From the IMG/VR virus record IMGVR_UViG_3300021087_000002: 64,000 nt of DNA; one strand, 5' to 3'. The stretch is from an uncultured virus (IMG/VR IMGVR_UViG_3300021087_000002). Taxonomy: Duplodnaviria; Heunggongvirae; Uroviricota; Caudoviricetes. Shown piece by piece: positions 20,794 to 31,064 of the stretch; the first letter of the stretch is position 1, and every line of letters starts with the position of its first letter. The translations under genes and the position numbers were made by a program. Below the pieces are notes generated by a model that was not told the origin of the DNA, did not search any database, and saw only the letters and a list, made by a program, of their open reading frames with translations.

Positions 20794-21709
20794 AAGCAAC
20801 GAAAGAGCTACACCAGAAAACCACATCGTAAAACTTGATGATGGTAACTGTAGAGCATATGCGGCATTGACTTCACAGTTCGCACCATTGCTCTATAGAA
20901 TACAAGTTATGAATGACAGTGGGATTGTCAAAGAACCATACAAAGTATGTGTCATGATAGACACAGAATGGTGTAATGGCGCAAAGGTTAAGGAGAGTAA
21001 CAATTGGACAGTCATGGAGACCATCATATGGCTTCTAGAAAACTACCACCCACCCACTAATGGCGTGATATTCTCCATATACGAATATGAAGATGTTTAC
21101 GCTAATACAATCCAAGAAAGATGGGCTTCATCTTCCATATGGCCTTTGAATGAAAGTTGGCAAGCTAAACGTGATGGACATTACATTACACTCCACGACT
21201 TTCAAGATGATCTAAAGGGATCTGCCAAGTATGAAATTGCTAGAAGATCTGGACAACTGGATGTTATTGATGATATAGATAACATATGTAAGCTACCAGT
21301 GAAGCGTGTCGATTATACAATGGGAGAGGATCAGATCTTCACCCTATTGAAGCACAGCAAAATGCATTTCACTTTACATGGTGGTAGTTATTATGGTGCG
21401 GCTATTATAAACCTACCCACAGTATGCTTTGGATCATTTATATCAGGCGAACATTATCATGATGGCTTCTACTTCAAGCGTCAGAAAGATAAGAGTTCTG
21501 AGATAGCAGTAAGTGTTCAGCATACTAGTTGGAATACTGGTAATGGCAATACGCCCACTAAGGTGTCTCAGTTTGATTTCAAAACGAATAGTTTAACGGA
21601 ACATCCCCAAAGATACTTGCGTCATGCAACATCACCTATGGAACTAAGGAGTTACCTAAATGGATTTCCTATGGAAGTTGATGATCATTATTATTCAATA
21701 GACGATTAA
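20759..21709 (+). CDS. Hypothetical protein (weak GT-B-like C-terminal part)
   Basis: About 316 aa; GGSYYGAAIINLPTVC segment. Confidence 0.5.
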   Translation: MKHIKTIALGCESNERATPENHIVKLDDGNCRAYAALTSQFAPLLYRIQVMNDSGIVKEPYKVCVMIDTEWCNGAKVKESNNWTVMETIIWLLENYHPPTNGVIFSIYEYEDVYANTIQERWASSSIWPLNESWQAKRDGHYITLHDFQDDLKGSAKYEIARRSGQLDVIDDIDNICKLPVKRVDYTMGEDQIFTLLKHSKMHFTLHGGSYYGAAIINLPTVCFGSFISGEHYHDGFYFKRQKDKSSEIAVSVQHTSWNTGNGNTPTKVSQFDFKTNSLTEHPQRYLRHATSPMELRSYLNGFPMEVDDHYYSIDD

Positions 21710-21744
21710 TATAACCTCTCCCTGATTCTCAAAGATGGTCCTTT

Positions 21745-21773
21745 ATTATACACAGATTCGTTAAAGTTGTCAA
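21745..21773 (-). promoter_or_regulatory. Sigma70-type (early) promoter
   Basis: On the minus strand: TTGACA-17 nt-TATAAT, perfect consensus. Confidence 0.7.
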
Positions 21774-21785
21774 GTGTCTAAATTG

Positions 21786-21853
21786 TATAAATAGAAGAAA
21801 CGTTATGATTTATATGACATCTTCAAATACCTAGTGTATAATGTGTATAAATA
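21786..21853 (+). promoter_or_regulatory. Tandem late promoters
   Basis: TGTATAAATAGAAG occurs twice, 60 nt apart (TATAAATA at 21786 and 21846). Confidence 0.75.
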
Positions 21854-21888
21854 GAAGTAACAAACATAGCAATTTATGGGTACGATGC

Positions 21889-22242
21889 ATGGCACAAGAA
21901 GAGACATTTACTATTGATCAGGGGGCTGACGTGGCATTACAGCTTCACTTGATTGATCCTACAGGCGGAGCCAAGGATCTAACAAATCATGTCATTAATG
22001 CAAAGATGAAGAAAAACTACAACGCCGATAGTGCAGACACCCATACATTTAACTCAGTTATAGGAACTCCAGCTACGGATGGTATACTTACCCTATCACT
22101 GACAAACACGCAGACCGATGCATTAAGACCCGGAAAGTATGTTTATGATGTGGAGATGTCATTTGATGACAGCGACAATAACACGATCATAGAGCGTGTG
22201 CTTGAAGGAAGAATCATTGTGTCACCATCAGTAACAAGGTAG
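21889..22242 (+). CDS. Small virion protein (Ig-like, baseplate/fibre-associated)
   Basis: IDQGAD...DLT...LSLTNTQT...GKYVYDVE...RVLEG...V family; start set at MAQEE. Confidence 0.65.
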   Translation: MAQEETFTIDQGADVALQLHLIDPTGGAKDLTNHVINAKMKKNYNADSADTHTFNSVIGTPATDGILTLSLTNTQTDALRPGKYVYDVEMSFDDSDNNTIIERVLEGRIIVSPSVTR

Positions 22243-22248
22243 AAAATT

Positions 22249-22470
22249 ATGGCTATTAAAGTTGGGGTGAGTGGTACAAGAGTAGCAAAGGTAGTTGTAG
22301 GTACTCCTGTTAAAAGGGTAACATCAGGTGCCTTCAGTGTTTCAAATTTAGGTGGAGTTGATACCACTGGAGCCGTTACTGGCTCTGTTTTAGTTTATGA
22401 TGAAGAGGTTGGTAAGTTCGTTGCCAAACTCGATTTAACAGATACAAACTTTAACGGAGGCCAATACTGA
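22249..22470 (+). CDS. Small fibre-associated protein
   Basis: 73 aa, GSVLVYD, ends NGGQY. Confidence 0.6.
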   Translation: MAIKVGVSGTRVAKVVVGTPVKRVTSGAFSVSNLGGVDTTGAVTGSVLVYDEEVGKFVAKLDLTDTNFNGGQY

Positions 22471-24014
22471 TGGCATCAATAATTAGAATTAAACGCAGTG
22501 CCACGTCAGGTAATCCAGCCACGTTGGCCGCAGGCGAACTCGCCTATTCGTCCTTAGCAGATAACGGTTCCAATGGTGGTGATCGTCTCTATTTTGGACA
22601 CGGAACAGAAACAAACGGAGATGCGGCAAACCATGAAGTTGTTGGTGGTAAGTACTTTACACAACAACTAGATCATGCTAAAGGTACTCTGACTGCTAAC
22701 TCTGCATTACTTGTAGACGCAAACAAAAAGATCAACGAATTACTAGTTGACAATCTAACACTTGATGGTAATACCATCACTGCTACAGATACAAATGGTG
22801 ACATATTCCTAGCACCGAATGGTACAGGATCTGTTGTTCTTAACTTTAATAAGATCGAAGACGTTGCTACCCCGGTAGATTCGGCTGATGCGGCGACTAA
22901 GGGCTATGTAGATTCTTATAACTCTGCGGCTTCCATAAGAATAGCAGATGGCACTGACTCAGATGAAGTCATTCTTGCTTCTGATACACTTCTTATCTCT
23001 GGTGGAACTGGATTAACATCTTCGGTTACTAACAACCAAGTCTCCATTGCCCTAGACAATACTTCGGTTACAGCAGGTTCATATGGTACTGCAACAGCTA
23101 TTCCAGTATTCACAGTTGATGATCAAGGTCGTTTGACTTCAGCTGGTACTAATGCAATTTCAACAACACTAAACATCACTGGTGACAGTGCTTCTTCTGG
23201 TTCAGTTGCTCTTGGATCTGCTACCCTTGCCTTTAAAGGTATGGAAGGCATTGACATTACTGCTTCTGCTGGAATTGTTACAATTGGTGCAGAGGTTGCT
23301 ACCGATACAAACCTTGGTGTTGCTAGTTTTGATGCTACAGACTTTGGGAACAGTAATGGTAATATCACTGTTGCGGCTTCTACACTTGGTACAACAAACC
23401 TAAACCCAGGTGCAACTGTTACAGATCTAGCAGGTCTTACACAATTAGATGTTGACAATGTTCGTCTAAATGGTAATATTATATCAACAACTGACTCTGC
23501 TAACGGTAACATGTGGCTTGATCCGGGTAACAACATGGCTGTTACTGGTAAAGTTATCATTCGTGGTGACCTACAAGTCGATGGTACACAGACAGTAATT
23601 AACTCAACAGATCTATCTATTACAGACAAACTTGTCATCGTTGCTCAAGGTTCTGCCGATAGTGCGGCGGCAACTGGCGCTGGTATCGAAGTTGATACAG
23701 CAGGCGCATCTATCAAATATAACTCAGCTATTTCAGCTTGGGACTTTAACAGACACGTAAACCTTTTATCTGGCAACGACTTCAAAATTGATGGTGTTGG
23801 ATTTGAAGAACTTGTAGATGACAGAATGAATGACTTGCTACTTGCAGGTGAGGCTATTGATCTTACTTACAATGATGCGGCAGGAACACTAACAATTGCG
23901 GCAGAAATAGCATCTTCATCTAATTTGGGTGTTGCTAAATTCAGCACTGACTACTTTACAGTTGACGGAGCGGGTGAAGTTATCATCCACGAAGTCAATG
24001 GTGGAACGTACTAA
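22470..24014 (+). CDS. Tail fibre-like structural protein
   Basis: IIRIKRS...LAAGELAY N-terminal fibre domain, VTAGSYG...TVDDQGR, ends NGGTY. Confidence 0.75.
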   Translation: MASIIRIKRSATSGNPATLAAGELAYSSLADNGSNGGDRLYFGHGTETNGDAANHEVVGGKYFTQQLDHAKGTLTANSALLVDANKKINELLVDNLTLDGNTITATDTNGDIFLAPNGTGSVVLNFNKIEDVATPVDSADAATKGYVDSYNSAASIRIADGTDSDEVILASDTLLISGGTGLTSSVTNNQVSIALDNTSVTAGSYGTATAIPVFTVDDQGRLTSAGTNAISTTLNITGDSASSGSVALGSATLAFKGMEGIDITASAGIVTIGAEVATDTNLGVASFDATDFGNSNGNITVAASTLGTTNLNPGATVTDLAGLTQLDVDNVRLNGNIISTTDSANGNMWLDPGNNMAVTGKVIIRGDLQVDGTQTVINSTDLSITDKLVIVAQGSADSAAATGAGIEVDTAGASIKYNSAISAWDFNRHVNLLSGNDFKIDGVGFEELVDDRMNDLLLAGEAIDLTYNDAAGTLTIAAEIASSSNLGVAKFSTDYFTVDGAGEVIIHEVNGGTY

Positions 24015-24029
24015 ATACACTATAATAAC

Positions 24030-24049
24030 GTTGGGCTTCTTAGTCCAAC
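24030..24049 (+). terminator. Intergenic hairpin
   Basis: GTTGGGCT-tctt-AGTCCAAC stem, weak U-tract. Confidence 0.35.
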
Positions 24050-24071
24050 TTAATCTTTCTTAAGGGTCATT

Positions 24072-26393
24072 ATGGCAACTAATATCATACATAAGAAGAG
24101 TTCTGTCATTGGTAGAACTCCCGATAGTTCTGATCTAGAGTATGGCGAATTAGCCGTTAACTATGCTGATGGTTATGTCTATTATAAAGCTTCAAACAAT
24201 GAAGTGAATAGATTTCTTGACTCGGCTGTTACAGAAACCCTTATTAATAGTAAGATCACATCCGCCCTAGTACCAGGTGCTAGAGGTGCAGTCTCGGTGA
24301 CTGATAATGGTGGAGATGGATCCCTTTCATATAGTAGTAGCACAGGCGTTATCACATACCAAGGTCCTGTAAAAGCAGATATCCTTGCCCACTTATCTGC
24401 TGGTGGAGATTTATCTTTCAACAGCACAACAGGTCAGTTTAGTGTAACAACATATAAAGATGCTGACTTTGACACACGTTTGGCTACAAAGTCTACAGCA
24501 AACCTTACAGAAGGTTCCAATAAGTATTATACACAAGGTAGAGTAGATAGTGCCTTTGATGTAAGACTTGGTATCAAATCAACTTCAAACCTTGCTGAAG
24601 GTTCTAACCTATACTTCACAGATGCTCGTGCTGATGCTCGTGTCATTGCGGTTATGGATAGTGATCAGCTAGATCTACTTGCAAAAGATTATGCCACTAA
24701 AACTGGCACACAAACACTTACAAACAAAACATTAACTGCTCCTATCCTACAATCTATCATATTACGTGACAGTGCAGGGGATCAGTCCACAGTACATACT
24801 CATGCATATAGCGGTATTTCTTTTAATACTGGTGCAAACTTTGGAGATTCTAATCATACCGTCTATCATTTCGGTGGAGATTCTTCAAGAGATACAATTG
24901 TATCTATCGGTAAAAATGATCAGTTTAACCATGCAGTTGGTGTAACTGGTGTACAAAATGCTAATGACTTTGTTATTGGCTTTGAAGGTAATGCCACAAA
25001 CTTTAAGATCAAAAAAGATGTAGGTGCCAACTACGATCTATCGACTGGTACTGATTTATTCTCTGTTGACTCTACAGGTATTGTTAACATACCGTCTAAC
25101 GTTCAATCTACCAACAAAACATCTGGTGCTCTTACTGTCGCTGGTGGTGTAGGTATATCTGGAGATTTACGTGCATCAGAGATAATCGCATCAGGTAACG
25201 TTCAAGCTCAAGGAGCATTCATTGGTAACGTAACTGGTCAAGTATCTGATATATCAAATCATAGCACAACTGGCTTATCTGAAGGGAACAACCAATACTA
25301 CTTGAAGTCAAGGGTAGACTCAGATATCGACTCAGCATTTGATGCAAGAAGTACAACAGATTTATCTGAGGGTGGTAATCTTTATTACACTACAGCACGT
25401 GCAGACTCAGATGCTAAAAGATCTGTATCTGTAACAGACGCTGGTGGAGATGGATCTCTTGCATATAACTCAACTACAGGTGTTATCACATACCAAGGTC
25501 CTGTTGCGGCTGATGCTAGAGCACACTTCTCAGGTGGTACAGGTGTCACACTTAATTCATCAAACGGCGTAATCTCAATTGGTCAGGATGTTAGTACATC
25601 TTCAGTTGTTACATTCGCAGGTGGATCTACAATCTCAGGTAACCTAAACGTATCTGGTGACCTTATTGTTGGTGGCGATCAAATTAACAATCAGGTAACG
25701 GATCTTCGTGTTACTAACGCAATGATCAAACTTGCAGACTCCAATACTGGAGATGCTGTTGATATTGGTCTTGTGGGTAGATACTCTGATGACGGTGGAA
25801 CTACTATTAGAAGAGCTGGGTTTATCAGGGATGCGTCTAATGGTGAGTTCTATGCTTTCCAAAACCTCATACAAGACGGATTAGATTCATCAGTAGCAGA
25901 TAATACAATTAATGTAGGCCACAGTAGTTTTGAACTAGGAACGTGGAACTTCGGTGCACTTCGTGGATCTTACTTAGGATTTGACTCTGACTTCTCTGCA
26001 TTCCAAAGTAACTATAGTGTTAAGACTGCAAACTATACGGCAGTGGCTGGTGATAGGTTGGCAATTGACACATCAGGTGGTGCATTTACAGTGACACTGC
26101 CTTCTAACCCTGTAACAGGTAACACTATTAGGTTTATAGATATTGCTAACTGGAACGCAACAAACTACTTAGATGTTGCTAGAAATGGTAATACAATTGA
26201 AGGGGTTGCAGACAATTTTAGATTAGATCTCGGACAGAACACGGTTGATTTTATCTTTATAAATAACACATGGAACGTATATGCGGCAATTGGACAACGT
26301 GGACCCACAGGGGAGACAGGTTCAGCTGGTGTAAATGCAGATTCAGACACACTTAATCAAAACGCAATAGCGTTTGCAATAGCTCTAGGATAG
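24072..26393 (+). CDS. Tail fibre-like protein with internal repeats
   Basis: LEYGELAVNYADG N-term, four STxxLxEGxNxY repeats, duplicated SVTDxGGDGSLxYxSxTGVITYQGPV, ends AFAIALG. Confidence 0.75.
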   Translation: MATNIIHKKSSVIGRTPDSSDLEYGELAVNYADGYVYYKASNNEVNRFLDSAVTETLINSKITSALVPGARGAVSVTDNGGDGSLSYSSSTGVITYQGPVKADILAHLSAGGDLSFNSTTGQFSVTTYKDADFDTRLATKSTANLTEGSNKYYTQGRVDSAFDVRLGIKSTSNLAEGSNLYFTDARADARVIAVMDSDQLDLLAKDYATKTGTQTLTNKTLTAPILQSIILRDSAGDQSTVHTHAYSGISFNTGANFGDSNHTVYHFGGDSSRDTIVSIGKNDQFNHAVGVTGVQNANDFVIGFEGNATNFKIKKDVGANYDLSTGTDLFSVDSTGIVNIPSNVQSTNKTSGALTVAGGVGISGDLRASEIIASGNVQAQGAFIGNVTGQVSDISNHSTTGLSEGNNQYYLKSRVDSDIDSAFDARSTTDLSEGGNLYYTTARADSDAKRSVSVTDAGGDGSLAYNSTTGVITYQGPVAADARAHFSGGTGVTLNSSNGVISIGQDVSTSSVVTFAGGSTISGNLNVSGDLIVGGDQINNQVTDLRVTNAMIKLADSNTGDAVDIGLVGRYSDDGGTTIRRAGFIRDASNGEFYAFQNLIQDGLDSSVADNTINVGHSSFELGTWNFGALRGSYLGFDSDFSAFQSNYSVKTANYTAVAGDRLAIDTSGGAFTVTLPSNPVTGNTIRFIDIANWNATNYLDVARNGNTIEGVADNFRLDLGQNTVDFIFINNTWNVYAAIGQRGPTGETGSAGVNADSDTLNQNAIAFAIALG
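26258..26265 (+). promoter_or_regulatory. Possible late promoter (internal)
   Basis: TATAAATA about 130 nt upstream of 26397. Confidence 0.4.
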
Positions 26394-26396
26394 ACA

Positions 26397-29345
26397 ATGG
26401 GAAAACAACTTATACGTGATTATGTATTTACACCAGGCAATGCGGGCGCAGGCACCATTGAAATTGGCGGAACATACAACTTAGCTCAGATTTTAATCGT
26501 TACAAATGTGACTGACAATGTTGTGATTTACAACTTTGCAAGTTCGGATTCAGCTGGTACAACGGCAGTAGTCACTAGTACTAACACAGCACCAGAAGGC
26601 CATTGGCCTCATATCCTACAAAAAGAAAATGGTTTTACAACTATTACTTTAGCGCAAAATACGTCATCAATGAGTTCTACTGATGATCTTCAAATCTTTG
26701 TGGAAGATCCACAAGGTGATGTGACTGTTAGACCTTATGCATTTGGTACAGACGCTATTGAACGTATGAGAGTATCTCTCCCAGAATCAATGATCGATGC
26801 TGACTTTGAGTATGGTCTACAGCCTACTAAATGGGCTGGGTATGGTACCGTTAAAGGTTATCCATCTGTTTATCAAAACGAAGGTGTTGATATTGAAACT
26901 ACAGCCGTAACTACAAATTACAATACAGGTTCTGCTACAAACTCATTAATTGAAGTCACATTTGGATCGGCACATGGCTTGGCTGTTGGAGATGTTGTTA
27001 ACGTATCAGGATTAGATTCTGGTGTCGCAGGCTTCTCACGTGGTGATGGTTCATTCCTTGTTGAGACAGTTGTTAATACTACAAAAATTAAATACTATGC
27101 TCGTGGTATTGTTGGTACATCAAATGGACAATCATTACACACTGAAGAGACACTAACAAGAGGTGGCGGTATTTACGCAGGTGCTTCTATTCCAGTTTCT
27201 TCTGCTACATCTAATGGTGCTAACCCAAGTGTAATTACTCTAAACTTTACTAACCCTCATGGACTTATCCCAGGTACAAACATTCACGTTGAAGTTGGTG
27301 GTGGCACTAATAGAGACTATTCATCAGGACCTTTCTTTATTAAATCAACACCTAGCGAAACTTCATTGACGTTTAGTGCTAGATCTGGTGCAGTAGTAAG
27401 TAATCCTTCATCTATTACATTGTACGCCCTTTCCAACGCTACTATTCTACATAGACCATCAGATGGTGGTGTTATTCTACAAACAAAGACACCAACATAT
27501 GCGGCTTCGGTTGTTCGTGTTAGTAAACGGTATTTCAGATATCAGTCTGGTAAAGGCTTCCTATTCTCAACTGGTACTCTTTTTGCTCCCAACTATGATA
27601 TTAGATCTATATCGGCGGCAGGTACTTCAGTAGGATCTTTGATTACAATCGGTACTGATGAGATTGACCACGGACTACAGCCAGGAGCTAAAGTTAGACT
27701 AGAAGGTATTGAGACATCTGGATATGAAGGAACATATGTAGTTGACTCTATCGTAGATGACTATGTTTATAAAGTTGCGGCAACACAAGTTCTAGGAGCA
27801 ACAGATCCAGTACTTAAAAGAGTTTCTACAATGTATGTTACTGAGTGGCGTGGTGCGGCTGTTAGAGCGGGTATGTTCGATGACGTTAATGGCATTTTCT
27901 ATGAGTTTGATGGTAAACAAGTGTATGCTTGTAAACGTACTTCTACTCAACAGATTACAGGTACATTGTCTGCTACTGCGAATAGTAGTGAAATTGTAGG
28001 AGCTAATACAAGACTTACAGAACAATGTAAAGCTGGGGATAGGATCTCTATCCGTGGTATGATCCACTTTGTTACTAAAGTTGCTTCTGATACTTCTATG
28101 TTTGTGACACCAGATTATCGTGGTATTACGGCTTCTGGTATTAAAGGCAATAACATCACTGATATCAAAATTCCACAAAGTCGTTGGAACATTGATAGAA
28201 TGGATGGAACAGGTATTCATAACCCATCAATGCATACCTTAGATGTTAATAAGATGCAGATGGTTGGTTTCCAATACTCATGGTATGGCGCTGGATTTAT
28301 TGACTTTATGATTAGAGGATCAGATGGTCACTGGTGCATGGTTCACAGAATGAAAAACAACAACATAAACAACGAAGCGTTTATGAGATCTGGTAACCTT
28401 CCAGTTAGATATTCTATCGAAAACGACTCACCTATTACAAATCTAACTGCAACTATCAATAGTTCTGTTACCACAATTCCATGTGCAGAATTACAAGAGT
28501 TTGATGACGCAGGTACTCTGATGATCGATAACGAGATTATCACATACACAGGTAGATCTGTAACGTCAGGAGCGGGTAACTTTACAGGTTGTACAAGATC
28601 CGCTACACTTACTCAGTATCAGCAAGGTACAACAAATAACCTTACGGCTGGTGCGGCGGCTTCGCATTCTAATAAGACAGGTATCATTGAGATTTCAAAC
28701 ACTTGTTCTCCAACACTATCTCACTGGGGTTCTGCTCTAGTTATTGACGGAGACTTTGACTTTGACCGTGGTTATATCTTCAACTACTCTAACTCACACA
28801 ACTCTGGCCTAGATCAGATTGTTACAACTCCTATCACATCCTTTGTGCTTAGACTTGCACCTTCCGTATCTAACTCATCAGTGGGTAGACTTGGAGCTAA
28901 GGATCTTCTTAACAGATCACAGTTACTACTTAAAGAGTGTGCTGTTGTTTGTGGTCGTGGTTCATCATCATCAGGTGAGGTTCATATTCAAGGGATTATT
29001 AACCCTAAGAACTTCCAAGATGCTACATGGAAATCACTCTCAGGTTCTGCGGAGGGTGGACAGCCTAGCTTTGCTCAAGTTGCAAATAAAGGTGATATTA
29101 CATGGTCTAGTGGATCGTATGCGCAACCAGGAGAACGTATCTTCTCATTCGTTGCTGGTACAAGTAGACAAGACTCTGTTGTGACTACTGCCGACATTGA
29201 TCAGCTTAAAGAATTATCAGGTGCTCCTCTTGGGGGTGACTATAAATTCCCAGACGGTCCTGATATTCTTGCGGTGAACGCATTCTGTCTATCAGGTGAT
29301 GTTAAAGCGTCTATTCAGCTTCGTTGGTCTGAAGCACAAGCATAA
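26397..29345 (+). CDS. Large virion structural protein
   Basis: 982 aa, beta-rich; DADFEYGLQPTKW, YFRYQSGKG, YSWYGAG, SHWGS motifs typical of marine T4-like virion proteins. Confidence 0.7.
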   Translation: MGKQLIRDYVFTPGNAGAGTIEIGGTYNLAQILIVTNVTDNVVIYNFASSDSAGTTAVVTSTNTAPEGHWPHILQKENGFTTITLAQNTSSMSSTDDLQIFVEDPQGDVTVRPYAFGTDAIERMRVSLPESMIDADFEYGLQPTKWAGYGTVKGYPSVYQNEGVDIETTAVTTNYNTGSATNSLIEVTFGSAHGLAVGDVVNVSGLDSGVAGFSRGDGSFLVETVVNTTKIKYYARGIVGTSNGQSLHTEETLTRGGGIYAGASIPVSSATSNGANPSVITLNFTNPHGLIPGTNIHVEVGGGTNRDYSSGPFFIKSTPSETSLTFSARSGAVVSNPSSITLYALSNATILHRPSDGGVILQTKTPTYAASVVRVSKRYFRYQSGKGFLFSTGTLFAPNYDIRSISAAGTSVGSLITIGTDEIDHGLQPGAKVRLEGIETSGYEGTYVVDSIVDDYVYKVAATQVLGATDPVLKRVSTMYVTEWRGAAVRAGMFDDVNGIFYEFDGKQVYACKRTSTQQITGTLSATANSSEIVGANTRLTEQCKAGDRISIRGMIHFVTKVASDTSMFVTPDYRGITASGIKGNNITDIKIPQSRWNIDRMDGTGIHNPSMHTLDVNKMQMVGFQYSWYGAGFIDFMIRGSDGHWCMVHRMKNNNINNEAFMRSGNLPVRYSIENDSPITNLTATINSSVTTIPCAELQEFDDAGTLMIDNEIITYTGRSVTSGAGNFTGCTRSATLTQYQQGTTNNLTAGAAASHSNKTGIIEISNTCSPTLSHWGSALVIDGDFDFDRGYIFNYSNSHNSGLDQIVTTPITSFVLRLAPSVSNSSVGRLGAKDLLNRSQLLLKECAVVCGRGSSSSGEVHIQGIINPKNFQDATWKSLSGSAEGGQPSFAQVANKGDITWSSGSYAQPGERIFSFVAGTSRQDSVVTTADIDQLKELSGAPLGGDYKFPDGPDILAVNAFCLSGDVKASIQLRWSEAQA

Positions 29346-29361
29346 TAAGGAATAACTACCA

Positions 29362-31062
29362 ATGGTTGTAAAACTAAGTGATCATCTAAATATTAGTCTA
29401 GGTTTACAGGCACTTGTTGACTCTGCGGCTGTTACTGCCATTATCAGAGACACTAACATTGCCATGGACTCAGGCACTATGGGTGACTTTGTAGGAACCA
29501 TTGGTGGTAAGGGAACTGATGCAGGTATCACAGTTCTAAACTCTGGAACCAATGATGCTGATGTCTTACTAAGACTAGACTCGGCATATGCGGCTACATT
29601 AAGTGGAACACAAACTCTTACTAACAAAACTATTAACCTATCAAACAATACACTGACTGGTACTATTGGTCAGTGGAACGCCGCTCTTAGTGGTGGTAAT
29701 TCCTTTGCATCCTTGACAGGTACAGAAACATTTACTAACAAAACACTTACATCACCAAGTATCACTGGTATCGGTGCAATTGGTGGATCTATTACAGATA
29801 TTAGTACATTCTCTCTTAGAGATACTACTGTTGCTTCATATGAACTACTATTTGCCGCTAACAGTTCTGTAAATGCAAGTGCTGATAGAACACTAACCTT
29901 TGATGTTGGTAATGCCAATAGAACATTAAGTGCATTGGGCAACCTATCATTTGGTGGCTCGTTTACGACATCAGGTGCACACACAACGACACTTACTACA
30001 AGCGGAACAACTGCACTTACTTTACCGACATCTGGTACGCTTATCTCGAAAGATGATAGTAGTGACATTTCTGGCATTAGAAACATCACTGTAACAGGTA
30101 CTGTTGACGGTAGAGACGTATCCTCAGATGGGTCAAAGCTTGATAATATTGAAGCAAATGCTGATGTTACTGATGCAGGTAATGTTGGATCTGCTTTAAC
30201 ATCATTTGCAACAGGTACAGATGCTGATGGTGCAGACCTTATACCAGTATACGATGCCTCAGCAGGTACATGGGAAAAGCACACTATTACTAATGCCGCT
30301 TTAGCAGGCGATAAGGGACAAAAAGGCCAAGCTGGTACAATTGGTTCTGATGGAGACGCAGGTGCTAAAGGTCAAAAGGGCGAAGTTGGTGCCAAAGGTC
30401 AAAAAGGTGAAAAAGGCCAAAAAGGTGAAGTTGGAGCCGCAGGTGCTAAAGGTCAAAAAGGTGAGATTGGTGCAACTGGTAATAATGGGACAAACGGTGC
30501 TAAAGGCCAAAAGGGTCAAAAGGGTCAAAAAGGTGAGATTGGTGAATCTGGTTCTGGTGCCGCTGGTATCAAAGGTCAAAAAGGTGAAGTTGGAGCCACA
30601 GGTGGAACTGGTTCGGCTGGTACTAAAGGCGATACAGGTCCTCAAGGTCAAAAGGGAGAAGGCAACGAAGCCATTACAAGCACCACAGCACCAGGTAGTG
30701 CGGTAGACGGTGACCTGTGGTGGGATGATGAGACAGGATCCTTATATATTTACTATAACGATGGGACTTCTAGTCAATGGGTACAATTTAATAATTCGGT
30801 TGTTTCTGACGGTGCTATTTCCACGGCTAAACTTGCTTCTAACGCAGTCACTGCGGCTAAAATGGCTGATAACTCTGTTGACTCTCAACACTATGTTGAT
30901 GGTTCTATAGATGCCATTCATTTAGCATCTAATTCTGTAACCCAAGTTAAGCTTGCCGATGATGCTGTCGGATCAAATGAATTGAAATCTGTCGTATCCT
31001 TTGTGGTGTACAACTCAGCAGGTACCGCACTCAAAACTATATACGGCGCAGGAGGCGCATAA
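29362..31062 (+). CDS. Collagen-like tail fibre protein
   Basis: TQTLTNKT repeats, about 39 Gly-X-Y triplets, GDLWWD module, C-term shared with 5287..6705. Confidence 0.8.
   Translation: MVVKLSDHLNISLGLQALVDSAAVTAIIRDTNIAMDSGTMGDFVGTIGGKGTDAGITVLNSGTNDADVLLRLDSAYAATLSGTQTLTNKTINLSNNTLTGTIGQWNAALSGGNSFASLTGTETFTNKTLTSPSITGIGAIGGSITDISTFSLRDTTVASYELLFAANSSVNASADRTLTFDVGNANRTLSALGNLSFGGSFTTSGAHTTTLTTSGTTALTLPTSGTLISKDDSSDISGIRNITVTGTVDGRDVSSDGSKLDNIEANADVTDAGNVGSALTSFATGTDADGADLIPVYDASAGTWEKHTITNAALAGDKGQKGQAGTIGSDGDAGAKGQKGEVGAKGQKGEKGQKGEVGAAGAKGQKGEIGATGNNGTNGAKGQKGQKGQKGEIGESGSGAAGIKGQKGEVGATGGTGSAGTKGDTGPQGQKGEGNEAITSTTAPGSAVDGDLWWDDETGSLYIYYNDGTSSQWVQFNNSVVSDGAISTAKLASNAVTAAKMADNSVDSQHYVDGSIDAIHLASNSVTQVKLADDAVGSNELKSVVSFVVYNSAGTALKTIYGAGGA
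30307..30663 (+). repeat. Collagen Gly-X-Y repeat (Lys-rich)
   Basis: GQK/GAK/GEV/GEI triplets; one interruption; only one Pro. Confidence 0.9.
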
Positions 31063-31064
31063 TC

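Noticed and set aside
24790..24810. HTH (HxH) iron-binding motif in the fibre protein
   Set aside because: Single mid-protein occurrence; too weak to claim a gp37-like iron-bound tip.
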